Translations under genes and position numbers: made by a program
NCBI GenBank assembly: GCA_964016885.1
Contig: OZ024746.1
Span: forward strand, 79,360,001-79,424,000
Source of the DNA: Eledone cirrhosa
Lineage: Eukaryota
Direction of reading: 5' to 3'
DNA length: 64,000 nucleotides
Shown: piece after piece, positions 28,431-42,259 of the stretch
How positions within the stretch are numbered: the stretch's first letter is position 1
How the letters are laid out: every line of letters starts with the position of its first letter
Notes under the pieces: model-generated
Databases searched by the model: none
Told to the model about the DNA's origin: nothing
What the model saw: only the letters and a program-made list of their open reading frames with translations

Positions 28431-28719
28431 CATTTCACATGATCCATGGCCAAAAACTGCAATTTGAGTTCCAATGAATTTGACTATCACATACAGAGGG
28501 AAATATTTCGCTCACTGAGACCTGATGAAGATGAGAATTAGGGTCTCATATCTTATCCAGGCCATAGAAAGCTCATAATGTTTAGACGCTTCTAAGAGTA
28601 CAATACCCTGTAATGGATCATGGGCACTTCACTTTCCCTCCACGCCTAAACTGTAAAATAATATGGCAGTATATATAGCGAACAAATCTTATGTCTTAAA
28701 ATGTATGTATGTATATTTG

Positions 28720-28875
28720 TAATCCAAAGGGTCAGGTATGTCTCAAACTGCGCCATGCTGACTGTTCCCGGGAATTACCTTAAGGATGCGTGTAACTGTA
28801 GAATACTCAAGCAATTACATGTCAATTTAACGTGGAAGCCGTTCCATTAACCAAACATCTGGAACACTCATGATC
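28720..28875 (-). mobile_element. Second SINE-like family fragment
   Basis: Similar to 39950-40060 and 6960-7075. Confidence 0.45.
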
Positions 28876-29929
28876 GAAATTGACATAGGCCCATTTAATT
28901 TTATCTGTAGAATCTTATTGTATGTTAAATACCCAAGTGTCTTATGGAAGACTTCACACTGACTACTTTCCTGCTTCTATATTTAAGAAAACCACATAAG
29001 GGAATGAGTGCCATAAAGAGGGAAATACATAGAAAATTAAAATTGATTTGACAGCCAACGTCTTTACATTTACACATATTTTATTACAATTTAAAACTAT
29101 TAATAATATAAATAAGGATTAATGATATTAAATTAATAACCAGGTGTATAATTTTCTTATTATTTTATGATAAAGGTTTAAATATTTTGATATTCCCTGA
29201 ACTTTCACGTTTAAACACAATTTACATAAACCTTTAAATATATTCATATAATAAGAAAGTCATTTATGTTACATATCAACGTTGTATGCGCCATAGATTT
29301 AGGAGAAATCCAAATGACGGCATTGTGTATTATCACGCACAACAGGCAAATGTCGTTTATAGTTAGAAATACACATAATGCTTAAACTCCAAAGATTACT
29401 ATATTTATTTACTTCTTAATTCATCAAATTGCAGTTTTGACACAGCCGCAACTGAAACGAACAGACACAATTACATAACCTCAAATGATGCAGATAGCAA
29501 TGAAATAGACTGTTGCATTGATGCTGGCGCCAGCTATTGGTCACGAATTTCAGGTTAAACTCACTTGAGATCACATCTGGTTTCTCAGAATTGTTTAGCG
29601 AAAGAGATTTACGCTTCACTAATGGGAAATTTTTCAATTCGAGACAACGATAATAACTTAATCAGAATAGTACTGCATGGCTCAGTGGCAGGCTGCCAGA
29701 TAATGGAGCATGGAGTTTAGACATCAAGCTTTTCTGCTCATACTAAACCGTATTTTGAAAAAAAAATTACATAATACATACAAACACACACGTACACACA
29801 CATATATCTAAATATTTACATATATGTTCCACATGTGTGCGCTTATCTGTATACGTGTGTATGTTATAACTAGACACACAAACCTCACAAGAATTTACTC
29901 GTAAAGCTCTCTCTCTATCTATCTGTGTG

Positions 29930-30058
<129 letters not shown>

Positions 30059-30371
30059 ATGCATATACACACATACAGACGCTGTTATGTAATTGCGTGG
30101 GTTGTATTCTTCTAGGTCAGCCCTCATTGAGCAGATGCGTATTCGAAGGTCTCTCAATCACGATAAGCTCGTCTCGTTTTCAGTAATACTACATCTAAGA
30201 TTATCGTGCCTTTTACTTAAAGGCGGTATCTGTTATTTCAAGAACATTTGGCTTCCATTACTAGCAGGTCAACCTACCGACTGAAGGCTCTCCTTATTGT
30301 CTCAGAATATATTAAACATGTATGTATACACACATACATATATACATGCAGGGCCTATATGTTTTATAATA

Positions 30372-30760
30372 ATTGTTTCTACTTTAGGCACAAGGCCAGC
30401 AATTACCCAGTGCATTACTGGTACTTTATTTTATCGACCCCGTAAGGATGAAAGGCAAAGTCAACCTCGGCGGGGTTTGAACTCAGATCGTAAAGGGACG
30501 TAACTATGCTGGAAAGCATGGCGTCTGACCCTCTACCGATACTGCCAATGCACCGGTGATTTAGTCACATGACCAACAATTTTAGGGGAAAGGAAAGTCT
30601 ATTAAATCACACCCCAGTGCGTTACTGGTACTTTATTTTACTAACCCCAAAAGGATGAAAGTCAGAGCTAACTTCAGCGCAAACAGAACCCAGAACGTAA
30701 AGGACTGTATCAAAATACTACAATGTATTTCCAACACTAACAATTCTACCAAACCGCCTC
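30372..30760 (-). mobile_element. Two adjacent main-family SINEs (30372-30556 young, 30572-30760 older)
   Basis: Two successive core motifs. Confidence 0.85.
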
Positions 30761-30809
30761 CCAAGGAAATGATAATAAGAATAATAATTTCACAAACGCA
30801 CTTACACAG

Positions 30810-30852
<43 letters not shown>

Positions 30853-30900
30853 GCCGCTTGGGATCTGGCGAGGATTTTACATCTCCACCCCCCTCTCTCC

Positions 30901-30938
<38 letters not shown>

Positions 30939-31406
30939 ATGTGTGTGTGTGTGTGTGCATAGCAATTGCATTGTCATAAGTTTATCACGTCTCATCTATA
31001 CTAAGCTGACATTGCAATGTATTCTCTGTTGAGATATATTTACTGCTATTAATACTATACATATCCAGTACAGTAGAAAATCCCATTATGATTTGATGTA
31101 TAAGTAAGAATTGATTCCTCAAAACGTCACAATGTGTTCAACGAAGACTGACAGTAGCTGAAACCATTCGGAAATTTTTTTTTTCCATGGAATCATGCGG
31201 TAATGATGTCCATATACTGGGTTTTCAAATCATTTTGCAATGGTGAGTTGGGAAAGATAGAAAGAAGAAGAATGGAAGTTTTCGTGCAAATAAGGGGCAG
31301 ATATGTATGGTGTTGTCGGCAATGTTTAACGCATGCGTAATTGGCACAACAGAAGTAAAAAATAAAAAGTAGAGCAATGGAAGTTTGCAAGCAAACAGAG
31401 GATGTA

Positions 31407-31745
31407 CAGGGTGGTCCGAAAGTCGTGTCACCCCTTGACCCATATTGTTTTAACTTTCATTATTTTTGTTTTAATAATATAATATATAATATCATTAATT
31501 ATAATATATAATAATTATAATATAATTTTCTATTTCGGAGCTCCTAGAGTTTGGAAGACGGCTGCTTGTAAGCGTATGGACACATGATCGTGTGCATTCT
31601 GGCAAGAGCATGGAGGATGTGCGACATGATTTCACTGCAAGATTCGGTAAACTAGCTCGTCCGAAAAGGACGATATTTCGATAAGAACATAAACTGTTTC
31701 TCATCACTTTTTGGTGGGTGGTGACAAGACTTTCGGACCACCCTG
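31407..31745 (+). mobile_element. Internally deleted Tc1/mariner-superfamily DNA transposon
   Basis: 26-bp TIRs CAGGGTGGTCCGAAAGTC(G/T)TGTCACC with 1 mismatch and TA TSDs. Internal transposase N-terminal HTH remnant RRLLVSVWTHDR..VRHDFTARFGK..TIFR*EHKLF. Confidence 0.9.
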
Positions 31746-32025
31746 TATATGCCTAGTGAACTCGGCAATGTTTGGCGTGTGCATTATCAGCTCAAAGGAA
31801 AAGTGGTAAACTAGCTTCAACAGCAACCATTACGTAGCAAACTGTTAGAACAATTATCAAGGGTATTTTCTTATCTGTCAGTTTCGATATATACACGATC
31901 ATCATTAAACTTGTATAGGTTTTTGTCCGCTTATCACAGAGATGTTAAGTTCTGTCAAAACATTTTTATTTAGAATTCATGAAATGCACTTGAAAGACAA
32001 AATGCTGTGGGGGTGAGCAATATTT

Positions 32026-32084
<59 letters not shown>

Positions 32085-32227
32085 TACACACACACATAAC
32101 ACCTTCTACTTTAGAAAATAAAAACCCGAACTAAATAAACCTTAACATACGTTTGCGCTGACAATACAACAGAACAAATATAAATAAGTAAGGAAAATAT
32201 GTTCATTCAAAAATATTCCTACTAACG

Positions 32228-32530
32228 GAATCATTTTCCTACACACACACACACAAAATATATATTCTCTTCATCTTAACATGCTAACCATACTCCCACA
32301 CACACATAACACCCATACACACACACATAACATCACCCCCCTACACACACACAACTCCTTCCCCCATTTCTACTAATAGAATCACTTTCCTACACACACA
32401 CACACACAATATATATATTCTCTCCATCTTAATATACTCCCACGCACACACACATAACACCCATATATACACACACACACAACTCCCTCCCCCATTTCTA
32501 CCAATAGAATCATCTTCCTATACACACACA
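32228..32530. repeat. Imperfect tandem duplication of about 130-150 bp
   Basis: gaatca(t/c)(t/c)ttccta motif at about 32228, 32379 and 32507. Confidence 0.7.
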
Positions 32531-33052
32531 CAAACACACAAATAAACATACATATGTGTATTTTCTTTATTTCAATAGAAAATCTGAACTCTGACACCCC
32601 AGCGAACTAGCCATATTCACTGAACCAGAACAATTCTCCCATCCCATTTCTCTTGACCATTCTTTTGTTTGTCATAAAATTCTCTAAAAGGCTACAAAAT
32701 AAATTCCCAAATACGGGCGCGAAATTTAATGAACTTGTTCACGTGATAGCATAATTTTATTTATCACCAATCAAATTACATTTTAAAAAAAAGGCTTCGT
32801 GAGCCCCTTTTTTAAAGTAAAAAGTAATTCAAACACTCATATATGAAAACACAACCTGAGCCCCCCCCCCCCCCTTGTTTGAAGAACTTTGTAACACGAA
32901 CTGGCGCGAAATTTATTATACTTATTTACCAACCAATCAAATTACTTCTCTAAAAACCTGGCGTTTCGAGCCACTTTTTTTCATATAAAACAAGTAACAA
33001 TCAAAGACCAACCAGATGTGAGAAAAACCACAGACCCTCCATCTCAACTCTA

Positions 33053-33088
33053 CTTTTGAAAAGCAAAAGAACTGCGAAACCGGTAAAG
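33053..33088 (+). ncRNA. Degenerate minimal hammerhead (family M, second copy at about 44990-45160)
   Basis: CTT TTGAAAA GCA-aaagaac-TGC GAAA CCGG TA AAG, with two core substitutions and AATAAA just downstream. Confidence 0.5.
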
Positions 33089-33374
33089 GAACCAAATAAA
33101 TATATATATATTTTTTAAAATAAGACTCCAGTTGCATTTTCGATTTCATCTTTTTTCTTTATACTTTCACTCGTGTAGGACACCTCGGTTATTTTTCATT
33201 TTGTAAAAAAACCTCACTTTCTAATATATATATATATATGTATATATTTATATATCTATCTACTTATCTATCTGTCTCTCAATCTTTCAATCACTCCATA
33301 AATCTATCTATATTTCTATTTACCTATCTATCTATAATCCATCAATCACTGTCTGTATCTGTGTGTGTGTATAT

Positions 33375-33416
<42 letters not shown>

Positions 33417-33417
<1 letters not shown>

Positions 33418-34038
33418 TAGACGGATTACCCGCGCCTTGCTGCGTTTCACACATTTTTTGGGGTAAGAAAAGGATGATTGATTTTAAATCAGTTATATAA
33501 TTTATGGTGAAAAAATAAAGGGAAAATGTTAAAAAAGTAGAGGCATTAACTAATAATTTTTGTTGTCATAATTCTAGTGATGTTTTGTCATAGATAAAAT
33601 GTTTAAATTAGCCAAATTTTACTATAAAAGAGAGGTGCTTATTTTGTTGATTTACGTTTAATTAATAGAAAAACCCCGTGATAATAGAGATTCTAATACT
33701 CAAGTTATGGGCTTCCAAAATGTTCACTATAGGGGCTTTAACCCACATTAGGGTGTCTTAATATTATTGAAATTTGCTGAAATTTTGTGAATAGGCATCA
33801 TATCTTGTCATTTACTTATGGTTTAAATTTCATATAAATCGAAGAGAAAACATTTTCAGCGGGGGTTTGTACCCCCAGGGAACCCTTTGTTTAAGATGAA
33901 ATATACTTATCCAAGTACCCTGGGCAATGTAGTTTCAAAATAAGTATGGTTATGGAGGTCTATCTCCATAACCATAGGAGGAGTTCGTGAACAAACAAAC
34001 AGACAAACAGACAGGAACTACAACTTTATATATATAGA
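33417..34038 (-). mobile_element. Non-autonomous Helitron
   Basis: The minus strand starts A|TCTATATATATAAAG with a tctgtt microsatellite and ends with GC hairpin gcagcaaggcgcggg then CTAG|T. Confidence 0.8.
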
Positions 34039-34263
34039 TATTACACATATTGGATCTCATGATTTAGTTTGTTTTATTCCTAATTAGGGAAATAACGTTT
34101 AGCCGAAAGTGTACCTAATTTTTTTTTCTATATGTATAAATGTTATTAATGACTGTGACTGTATTATACTAGTAAAATTCTATTGAACAGTAATATAGCT
34201 GCTGAATGCTTAGAATTGTCTTATATTCTTAGATTGTCTTATATTCTTAGCATGTTTAATTTG

Positions 34264-35789
34264 AATGTGAAAGCATAGAGAATATATTTAATATATGATT
34301 TAGACACAATGTGAAAGCATAGAGAATATATTTAATATATGATTTAGACACAATGTGAAAGCATAGAGAATATATATGATTTAGACACAATGTGAAAGCA
34401 TAGAGAATATATATGATTTAGACACAATGTGAAAGCATAGAGAATATATTTAATATATGATTTAGACACAATGTGAAAGCATAGAGAATATATTTAATAT
34501 ATGATTTAGGCACAATGTGAAAGCATAGAGAATATATTTAATATATGATTTAGACACAATGTGAAAGCATAGAGAATATGTTTAAGATATGATTTAGACA
34601 CAATGTGAAAGCATAGAGAATATATTTAATATATGATTTAGACACAATGTGAAAGCATAGAGAATATATTTAATATATGATTTAGACACAATCTGAAAGC
34701 ATAGAGAATATATTTAATATATGATTTAGGCACAATCTGAAAGCATAGAGAATATGTTTAATATATGATTTAGACACAATGTGAAAGCATAGAGAATATA
34801 TTTAATATATGATTTAGGCACAATGTGAAAGCATAGAGAATATATTTAATATATGATTTAGGCACAATGTGAAAGCATAGAGAATATATTTAATATATGA
34901 TTTAGACACAATGTGAAAGCATAGAGAATATATTTAATATATGATTTAGGCACAATGTGAAAGCATAGAGAATATATTTAATATATGATTTAGACACAAT
35001 GTGAAAGCATAGAGAATATATTTAATATATGATTTAGGCACAATGTGAAAGCATAGAGAATATATTTAATATATGATTTAGACACAATGTGTAAGCATAG
35101 AGAATATGTTTAATATATGATTTAGACACAATCGGAAAGCATAGAGAATATATTTAATATATGATTTAGACACAATGTGAAAGCATAGAGAATATATTTA
35201 ATATATGATTTAGGCACAATGTGAAAGCATAGAGAATATGTTTAATATATGATTTAGACACAATCTGAAAGCATAGAGAATATATTTAATATATGATTTT
35301 GGCACAATGTGAAAGCATAGAGAATATGTTTAATATATGATTTAGACACAATGTGAAAGCATAGAGAATATATTTAATATATGATTTAGACACAATGTGA
35401 AAGCATAGAGAATATATTTAATATATGATTTAGGCACAATCTGAAAGCATAGAGAATATATTTAATATATGATTTAGACACAATCTGAAAGCATAGAGAA
35501 TATATTTAATATATGATTTAGGCACAATCTGAAAGCATAGAGAATATGTTTAATATATGATTTAGACACAATGTGAAAGCAAAGAGAATATATTTAATAT
35601 ATGATTTAGGCACAATCTGAAAGCATAGAGAATATATTTAATATATGATTTAGACAATGTGAAAGCATAGAGAATATATTTAATATATGATTTAGGCACA
35701 ATGTGAAAGCATAGAGAATATGTTTAATATATGATTTAGACACAATGTGAAAGCATAGAGAATATATTTAATATATGATTTAGACACAA
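34264..35789. repeat. 44-bp minisatellite, about 35 units
   Basis: Unit aatgtgaaagcatagagaatatatttaatatatgatttag(a/g)cac. Units are contiguous with no spacers. Confidence 0.97.
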
Positions 35790-36016
35790 GCCCAACAATT
35801 TTGGGGAGGGGAAATTTGATTAAATCGACCCCTGTTCGTGAATGGAACTTTATTTTATCGACCCCGTAAGGATGAAAGGCAAAGCTAACCTTGGCAGCAT
35901 TTGAACTCAGAACGTAAAGGACCGTAATTTTATGCCACGAAGAAGGGTGTTCAGCGCTCTACCGATACTGCCAATCTAATGATTTCTAATATAGGCACAA
36001 GGCCAGTAATTTGGTC
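35775..36016 (-). mobile_element. Main-family SINE plus a second SINE 3' stub
   Basis: Core at 35850-35920. Stub aggcacaaggccagtaattt at 35993-36012. Confidence 0.85.
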
Positions 36017-37165
36017 CATTCTGATCCTTCTTCTAAAGTGGTACTTGAAAAAAAAGACCAGTTGTTGGCCGGAGAGAAAGGTATCTGACCTCAGCCCTTT
36101 CAACTTTGTCCACCATACAACTTCTTTCGCCATAGCTATCACACAGAGGAAAACCGCCTCTCCTTCGTTTTTGAAAGGGGGAGGCGGTTTGATCGTGACA
36201 ATGTTCTCGGTGGTCAACCGGATTGGTCCCACCCGCGACAGTAGTCGTTCCACATAGCCCCACAGGTCAGCAACGCCCGGGCAGTGTACGAATGCGTGTG
36301 CGACGGTTTCCTCGTCACGCACGCATCTCGGACAGATCATCTTCGAGGGGTCCCTACCCGAGCGCCCGTGTCTGTAGAGCTTGTCCCGAACGGGTAGAGC
36401 TCCTCGGTAACATTGCCAAGCCAGGGACTTTTGGAAGTTGTGCATCGGTCCCGGGCCGAACGTCTTAGCGAACAGACTGGCCAGCTCATCTTCCTCCATG
36501 CCCAGAGCCTCTCCAAGAGCGTCGTCGCACTTACTGCGCATCAACCCTCTATAGAATGTTGAGGTTGAGTCTCCACTGATTGCCGGATCCGCTTGCCAGA
36601 GGGCCGTGAGCGCCTGGGCACATTCAATATGCCAGTCGCCCACTTTTCTCGGTCTTTGCTTGACCCAGGATTGCAGCTCGGTGAGTGAGACGAGTCTCGG
36701 AAAGGCTCGCCTCACAAACAGGGCCCACACCGACTGACCGGTGAGGAATACCTGGAGGTGCCGTAGCCTTAATGCGTGTCTACGCATCGTCAGCCACGTC
36801 ATCCCCAGCCCTCCGTTCGAAGGGTGTTGACAGCAGATGGATCTTCTCACCAAAGGAGCCCGATTCTTCCAAAGAAATCGGAAGAGCACGCGCTCCATTT
36901 TGGCGAGTGTTTTCTCTGAGCAAGGCACGACGGTCAAGCAGTAGTAGATGACGGACGCTATATAAGCGTTCGCCACCTCCGCTCGACCTTTCAGGGATAG
37001 CTTGCACTCGGCCCACTTCTGGGCGAGTGCAAACACCTTGCCCGTTACCTCGTCCCAGTTTTTCTCCACCTGGAGGTCCGGTACGAACCAGACCGCGAGT
37101 AGCTTCACCGGTCCCTCCGTCCAGCGTCCGACGATGCCGTCGGAGGGCATCGTTTTGCCCCTCCA
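36017..37165 (-). pseudogene. L1/Tx1-clade LINE ORF2 fragment (post-RT region and zf-RVT)
   Basis: Open frame with LSLKGRAEVAN, FLW..PLVRR..GGLG, LPVRDKL..CPRC..ETVAHAFVHC. Truncated at both ends and markedly GC-rich. Confidence 0.9.
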
Positions 37166-37169
37166 TGAC

Positions 37170-37620
37170 GTATGGTAGATATAGAGAGGGAGAAATGTGT
37201 GTGGTAGTCGATATAGAGAGTGGTGTTGGGATAGATAGGTGTATAGTAGATATAGAGGGAGTGTTGCGAGAGATAGGTTTATGGTAGATATACAGAGGGA
37301 GGGAGTTTAGTGGTGTTAGATGTAGAGAGGGGGGTAATGAGAGTGTATTGTTTAGCACCTTTATATAGACAAACAGAGTTTGGTGTTAATACATATAGAG
37401 AGGGGTGGGGTGGGGAGAGATATGTGTATATAGATAGCAACAGAGGGGGAGAGATTGCTGTTAATGGAGAGTGTGAGAATGTTTGGGGGTGAGTGTTATT
37501 TATTGTAGACTAGCTGACGTACCCAGCTTCGCCCAGGTAAACAGATGATAAGAGAAGACAAGTAGAAAAGAAAATGACTGTAGTAGATGCTTGTCTGGTT
37601 TACAGTATGAGGTGAAACTG
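37170..37620. repeat. Purine-rich gtagatatagagagg repeat plus Helitron 3' end, duplicate of about 38800-39233
   Basis: Shared gcacctttatatagacaaa and actag(c/t)tgacgtacccagcttcgcccaggtaaacagatga blocks. Confidence 0.75.
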
Positions 37621-38537
37621 CACCTTTTTATACAGCTGTCATCCTTAATACACATCACATGTCCATACCAATGCAATCTCCTCTCCTGTATACTGTATCC
37701 GATCCCTCTTATGCCTAATTTCTCTCTCAGTTTATTCATGCTTTGCTGTTCATGTCTATTACTATTACACATCCATCGAAGCATGGAAGCTTCATTTCTT
37801 TCCAATCTTTGCAGGTCCTCTGTACACAGAGCCCAGGCCTCATTACCAGGCAACATTGCTGTTTGTATACATGCATCATACAATCTGCCCTTCATTTTGA
37901 GGGGAAAAATCTTTTGTAGTTAGCAGTGGTAGGAACACTCTGGCTGCAGTGCTTTCAGAACACCCTCCCCCACTTAATTTGGTCACCAAGTTAACAGAAA
38001 CTATCTACTACTTCTACAGTGTCTTCAAATGAAGGAATTTGAATCCTGTAAACTCTTGCTACTTACTGCACCTGTGCAGTGGCCACATGTAATACCTACG
38101 TTCTTTGTTAGCCTGCCTGAGATACCACTACATCTCTTGTGTACCAATAGTTTGCATTTGGGCATAGGATGGAATTTCTACCAACTCCTTTTCTGCACAC
38201 TGAGCAAGGCCATTTCCCTGAGGGAATCTGCTCCTTGTTTTACTTTCTACATACTAGGACTTTGGTCTTTGACATGTTACCTTAAAGACCTTTTGATTCT
38301 AGGTCATGCTTCCAGGTTCGGAATTTCTTTTCTAATTCTGCCATAGATTCAGCTATAAGAGTTAGGCCATCTGCACACAGGAGTTCCCATGGACAGTCAT
38401 TCTTAAACTCCTCCATTACAGACTACAGGACGATAATAAACATGAGAGGGCTAAGAACTGAGCTTTTGTGGACCTGAAGGAAACTTTGGACAGAGTCCCT
38501 CATTCCATCATCTTGTAGACTCTTAGAAAACTAGGAG
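37621..38537 (-). mobile_element. RTE-clade LINE fragment with inverted 5' piece
   Basis: Minus strand: SVLSPLMF..ELLCADGL (RT motifs) and KGRLYDAC..ERRLHWYGHVM. Plus strand 38462-38537: AFVDLKETLDRVP..LRKLG. Confidence 0.85.
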
Positions 38538-38549
38538 CCCCCTATAACG

Positions 38550-39130
38550 TACGTTAGATATAGAGAGGGGGGTATTTTGGTAGTAGTAGATATAAAGAGG
38601 GGTGTTGAGAGAGGTTGGTGTAGATAGATAGAGAGAGGCGGAGAGATTGCTGGTAGTAGATATAGGGAGGGGTGCTGGGAGAGATCGTGTAGTAATAGAT
38701 ATAGAGAGGCGGAGAGATTATTTGTGTTAGATATAGAGAGATGTATAACGAAAGAGTGCCGATCGGTTGATATAGAGGGGGGGGGGTGTTTGATGGTATT
38801 ATATATAGAGAGGGTGTTGGGAGAGAGTGTTGTATGGTAGATATAGAGAGGCGGAGAGATTGGTGGTAGTAGATATAGAGGGGGTGTTGCGAGAGATAGG
38901 TGTATGGTAGATATACAGAGGGAGAGACCTTAGTGGTGTTAGGTGTAGAGAGGGGGTAATGAGAGTGTATCATATGGCACCTTTATATAGACAAAGAGAG
39001 TTTGGTGTTAATAGATATAGAGAGGGGGGTTGGGAGAGATAGGTGTATATAGATAGATAGAGAGAGAGGGGGGAGGGATAAGTGTTAATGGAGAGTGGGG
39101 GGGGGATTGGGAGAGAGTGTTGTATATTAT
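38550..39130. repeat. Degenerate purine-rich minisatellite (gtagatatagagagggg-type)
   Basis: Read directly. Confidence 0.75.
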
Positions 39131-39133
39131 AGA

Positions 39134-39334
39134 CTAGTTGACGTACCCAGCTTCGCCCAGGTAAACAGATGAGAAGTAGAAGAGAAAATTACTGTAGTGG
39201 ATGTTTGGCTGGTTTACAGTATGAGGTGAAACTGTGGTGCGTGTGACAAAAAACAGAAACTTTTCATTTTTCGGTTTTGTGTGATGCGGTAAGGAACCAA
39301 CCAACAAACATCTCTCTTTTATATCACGTATAGA
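39134..39334 (-). mobile_element. Short (201 bp) non-autonomous Helitron
   Basis: Minus strand reads A|TCTATAC...acctgggcgaagctgggt hairpin...CTAG|T. Confidence 0.75.
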
Positions 39335-39402
39335 TTTACAAATGATTTATATAAGGAAACACTTATTTACGTATAGTGTAGCCTTGACACATGTATATTT
39401 AT

Positions 39403-39590
39403 TGGTGGATTGGCAGTATCGGTAGAGGGTCGGGCGCCATACTTTGACGCAAAGTGTTACGGCCTTTTCCATTATGAGTTCAAATCCCGCCGAGGTTAAC
39501 TTTGCCTTTCATCCTTACGGGGTCGATAAAATAAAGTACCAATAATACACTGGGTATTTGCTGGCCTTGTGCCAAAAGTAGAAACAATTA
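39403..39590 (+). mobile_element. tRNA-derived SINE, main family
   Basis: Near-consensus head, B box, core and tail. Confidence 0.9.
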
Positions 39591-39699
39591 TATATTATAT
39601 ATGTTTATTTTATATATAAACATATTGTATATGTTTTCATATACGTCTTTATAATCAATCTCAGTGTGTTAGTGCTACTGCTAATTTTTTAGAGAAACT

Positions 39700-40085
39700 A
39701 TTCATATTTTCTAGTGTATTAAAGACAAACCAGATTTTTGCATCACCCCACCGAGTGGGTAAACAGTTCTTTTGTATTCCTGTGGTGTCAGGTGCGATGA
39801 CACTGCGTGATATCTTGGGTCTTTACCATAATCCCGGGTCAACTTAAGCCTTTTGGGTGGAACTGGATGGAGGAAATCTGTGTAGAAGGCTGTCAGATGC
39901 AATTTTACCTGTAATTCAGAGGAACAGGCTTACCACATATTGTGTCACGCTGATTCTGTTTGAAAATACATTTAAGATACACGTGTCTGTGGAAATCTCA
40001 ACCGCTTACACGTTAGTTCACTAGTCGGACGTACAGATGATCGAACATTTGAATGTTCATTGTCGAAACATATGGAGGATCCCTC
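39700..40085 (-). mobile_element. Second SINE-like family copy
   Basis: tgtgtcacgctg...acacgtgtctgtgga block, similar to 6745-7097 and 28720-28875. Confidence 0.5.
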
Positions 40086-40901
40086 ACACATAATATCTTT
40101 TTGCAATTATGAAGTCTGGTCTATATCTGATTTAGTTAAACGTCCTGTCCAGGAGCATCAGCCAGCTTAACATTATCACCCAATCTTTCTGTGCTTTTTG
40201 CAGAGTACATTCTGTTGCTAGCATTCTGGCCAGGCCTTCAGTTAGGAGATATATTCCTCCATTCTCATCATTAGTTTCAGAGAACCCGAAAACGGACATA
40301 GGAACATTTTTTTCGTAGAGTTTGATCTACCGAGGGTTTACACTCGTGTCAATGCTACATAGTTCAATGCAACCTCACATAAAATATCTAAAGTAGATTT
40401 CCTTCAAGCTGAACCGATACAAAGCTCACGACAAAGTTAGAGTATTACTTGTAACCTATCTGGGTCTTTAAATTTATATAATTCGTTTTATTGGTATTCC
40501 CTATTTAGAGAAACATTGTTGGATTTAAAAGCAAATTTCTGATTAAACAGCAATAAACAGACAGACACTTACACACACATACACACTTGTCGTAACTTCG
40601 GGGACGGTGTACGATCTTCTGAATGGTCAGTAGACTATCAGACGTCTAGAGATTTCGCTAAAACACCTTGCAATAGAGATAAGCGAAAACCCACACAATA
40701 GATTGGTGTTCTACGTTACACTAAGCCAAGAGAAGAGGAACAAATTGTAAGAGAAAAGAAAATACAAGAAGACACTTGAAGGGGAGAAGTTATAACAAGA
40801 AGACACTTGTGTAGGATTTCTGTAAACACAGAGGCGAATGATGCACAGAAAATTCATACATATAAATGTGTATATATGTATACATATACACATACACACA
40901 A

Positions 40902-40959
<58 letters not shown>

Positions 40960-41018
40960 AAAATTGTATGTAACTAATTATATCGTTATGAAACTGATAT
41001 TTCATACTGTACAACATG

Positions 41019-41598
<580 letters not shown>

Positions 41599-41973
41599 TA
41601 ATTCTTAATATTTTTTTATATATCTGTGTGCGGGCGGCGAGAGAGATACATATAAAGGAGTTCATATGCATGCATATATACAAACATTTATACATAATTA
41701 GGAAGACTGAAGAAAGATGAATGAGACAGACGACCAGGCAGACAGACAGACTGAGAGACAAATAGATAAAGACAAACTCACTAGGTATCTAGTTTCCATA
41801 TTTTAATAAATCTGTACGTAAGAGCATATAATTACAAACGACTTATGGAAATGTACATAAATGCCTATGGGTTTGTACATGTAATTACTTCCAGATACAC
41901 TCTTGTATGAAAACAGATGCAAAGGCGCCTCAAACTTAAATATTCACAGGCGTATTGTATCGAGGTACACACG

Positions 41974-42012
<39 letters not shown>

Positions 42013-42166
42013 ATATGAATGTATATATATATGAATGTATATATATATATATGTGTGTATATATATATATATGGTAGATTCACACGTACATAAATTTGTA
42101 TTAACACATGAACCTATAAGCAATGAACGACATAACCAACGATATACAGCCCAAATACACCTCCTC

Positions 42167-42259
<93 letters not shown>

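Noticed and set aside
28604-28625. taccctgta resembling the miR-10 5' end
   Set aside because: Only 9 nt match, and no precursor hairpin is evident.
34264-35789. CRISPR-like array or tandem hammerhead (cacaatgtg hairpin followed by aaa)
   Set aside because: The units are contiguous without unique spacers, the context is eukaryotic, and there is no CUGANGA core.
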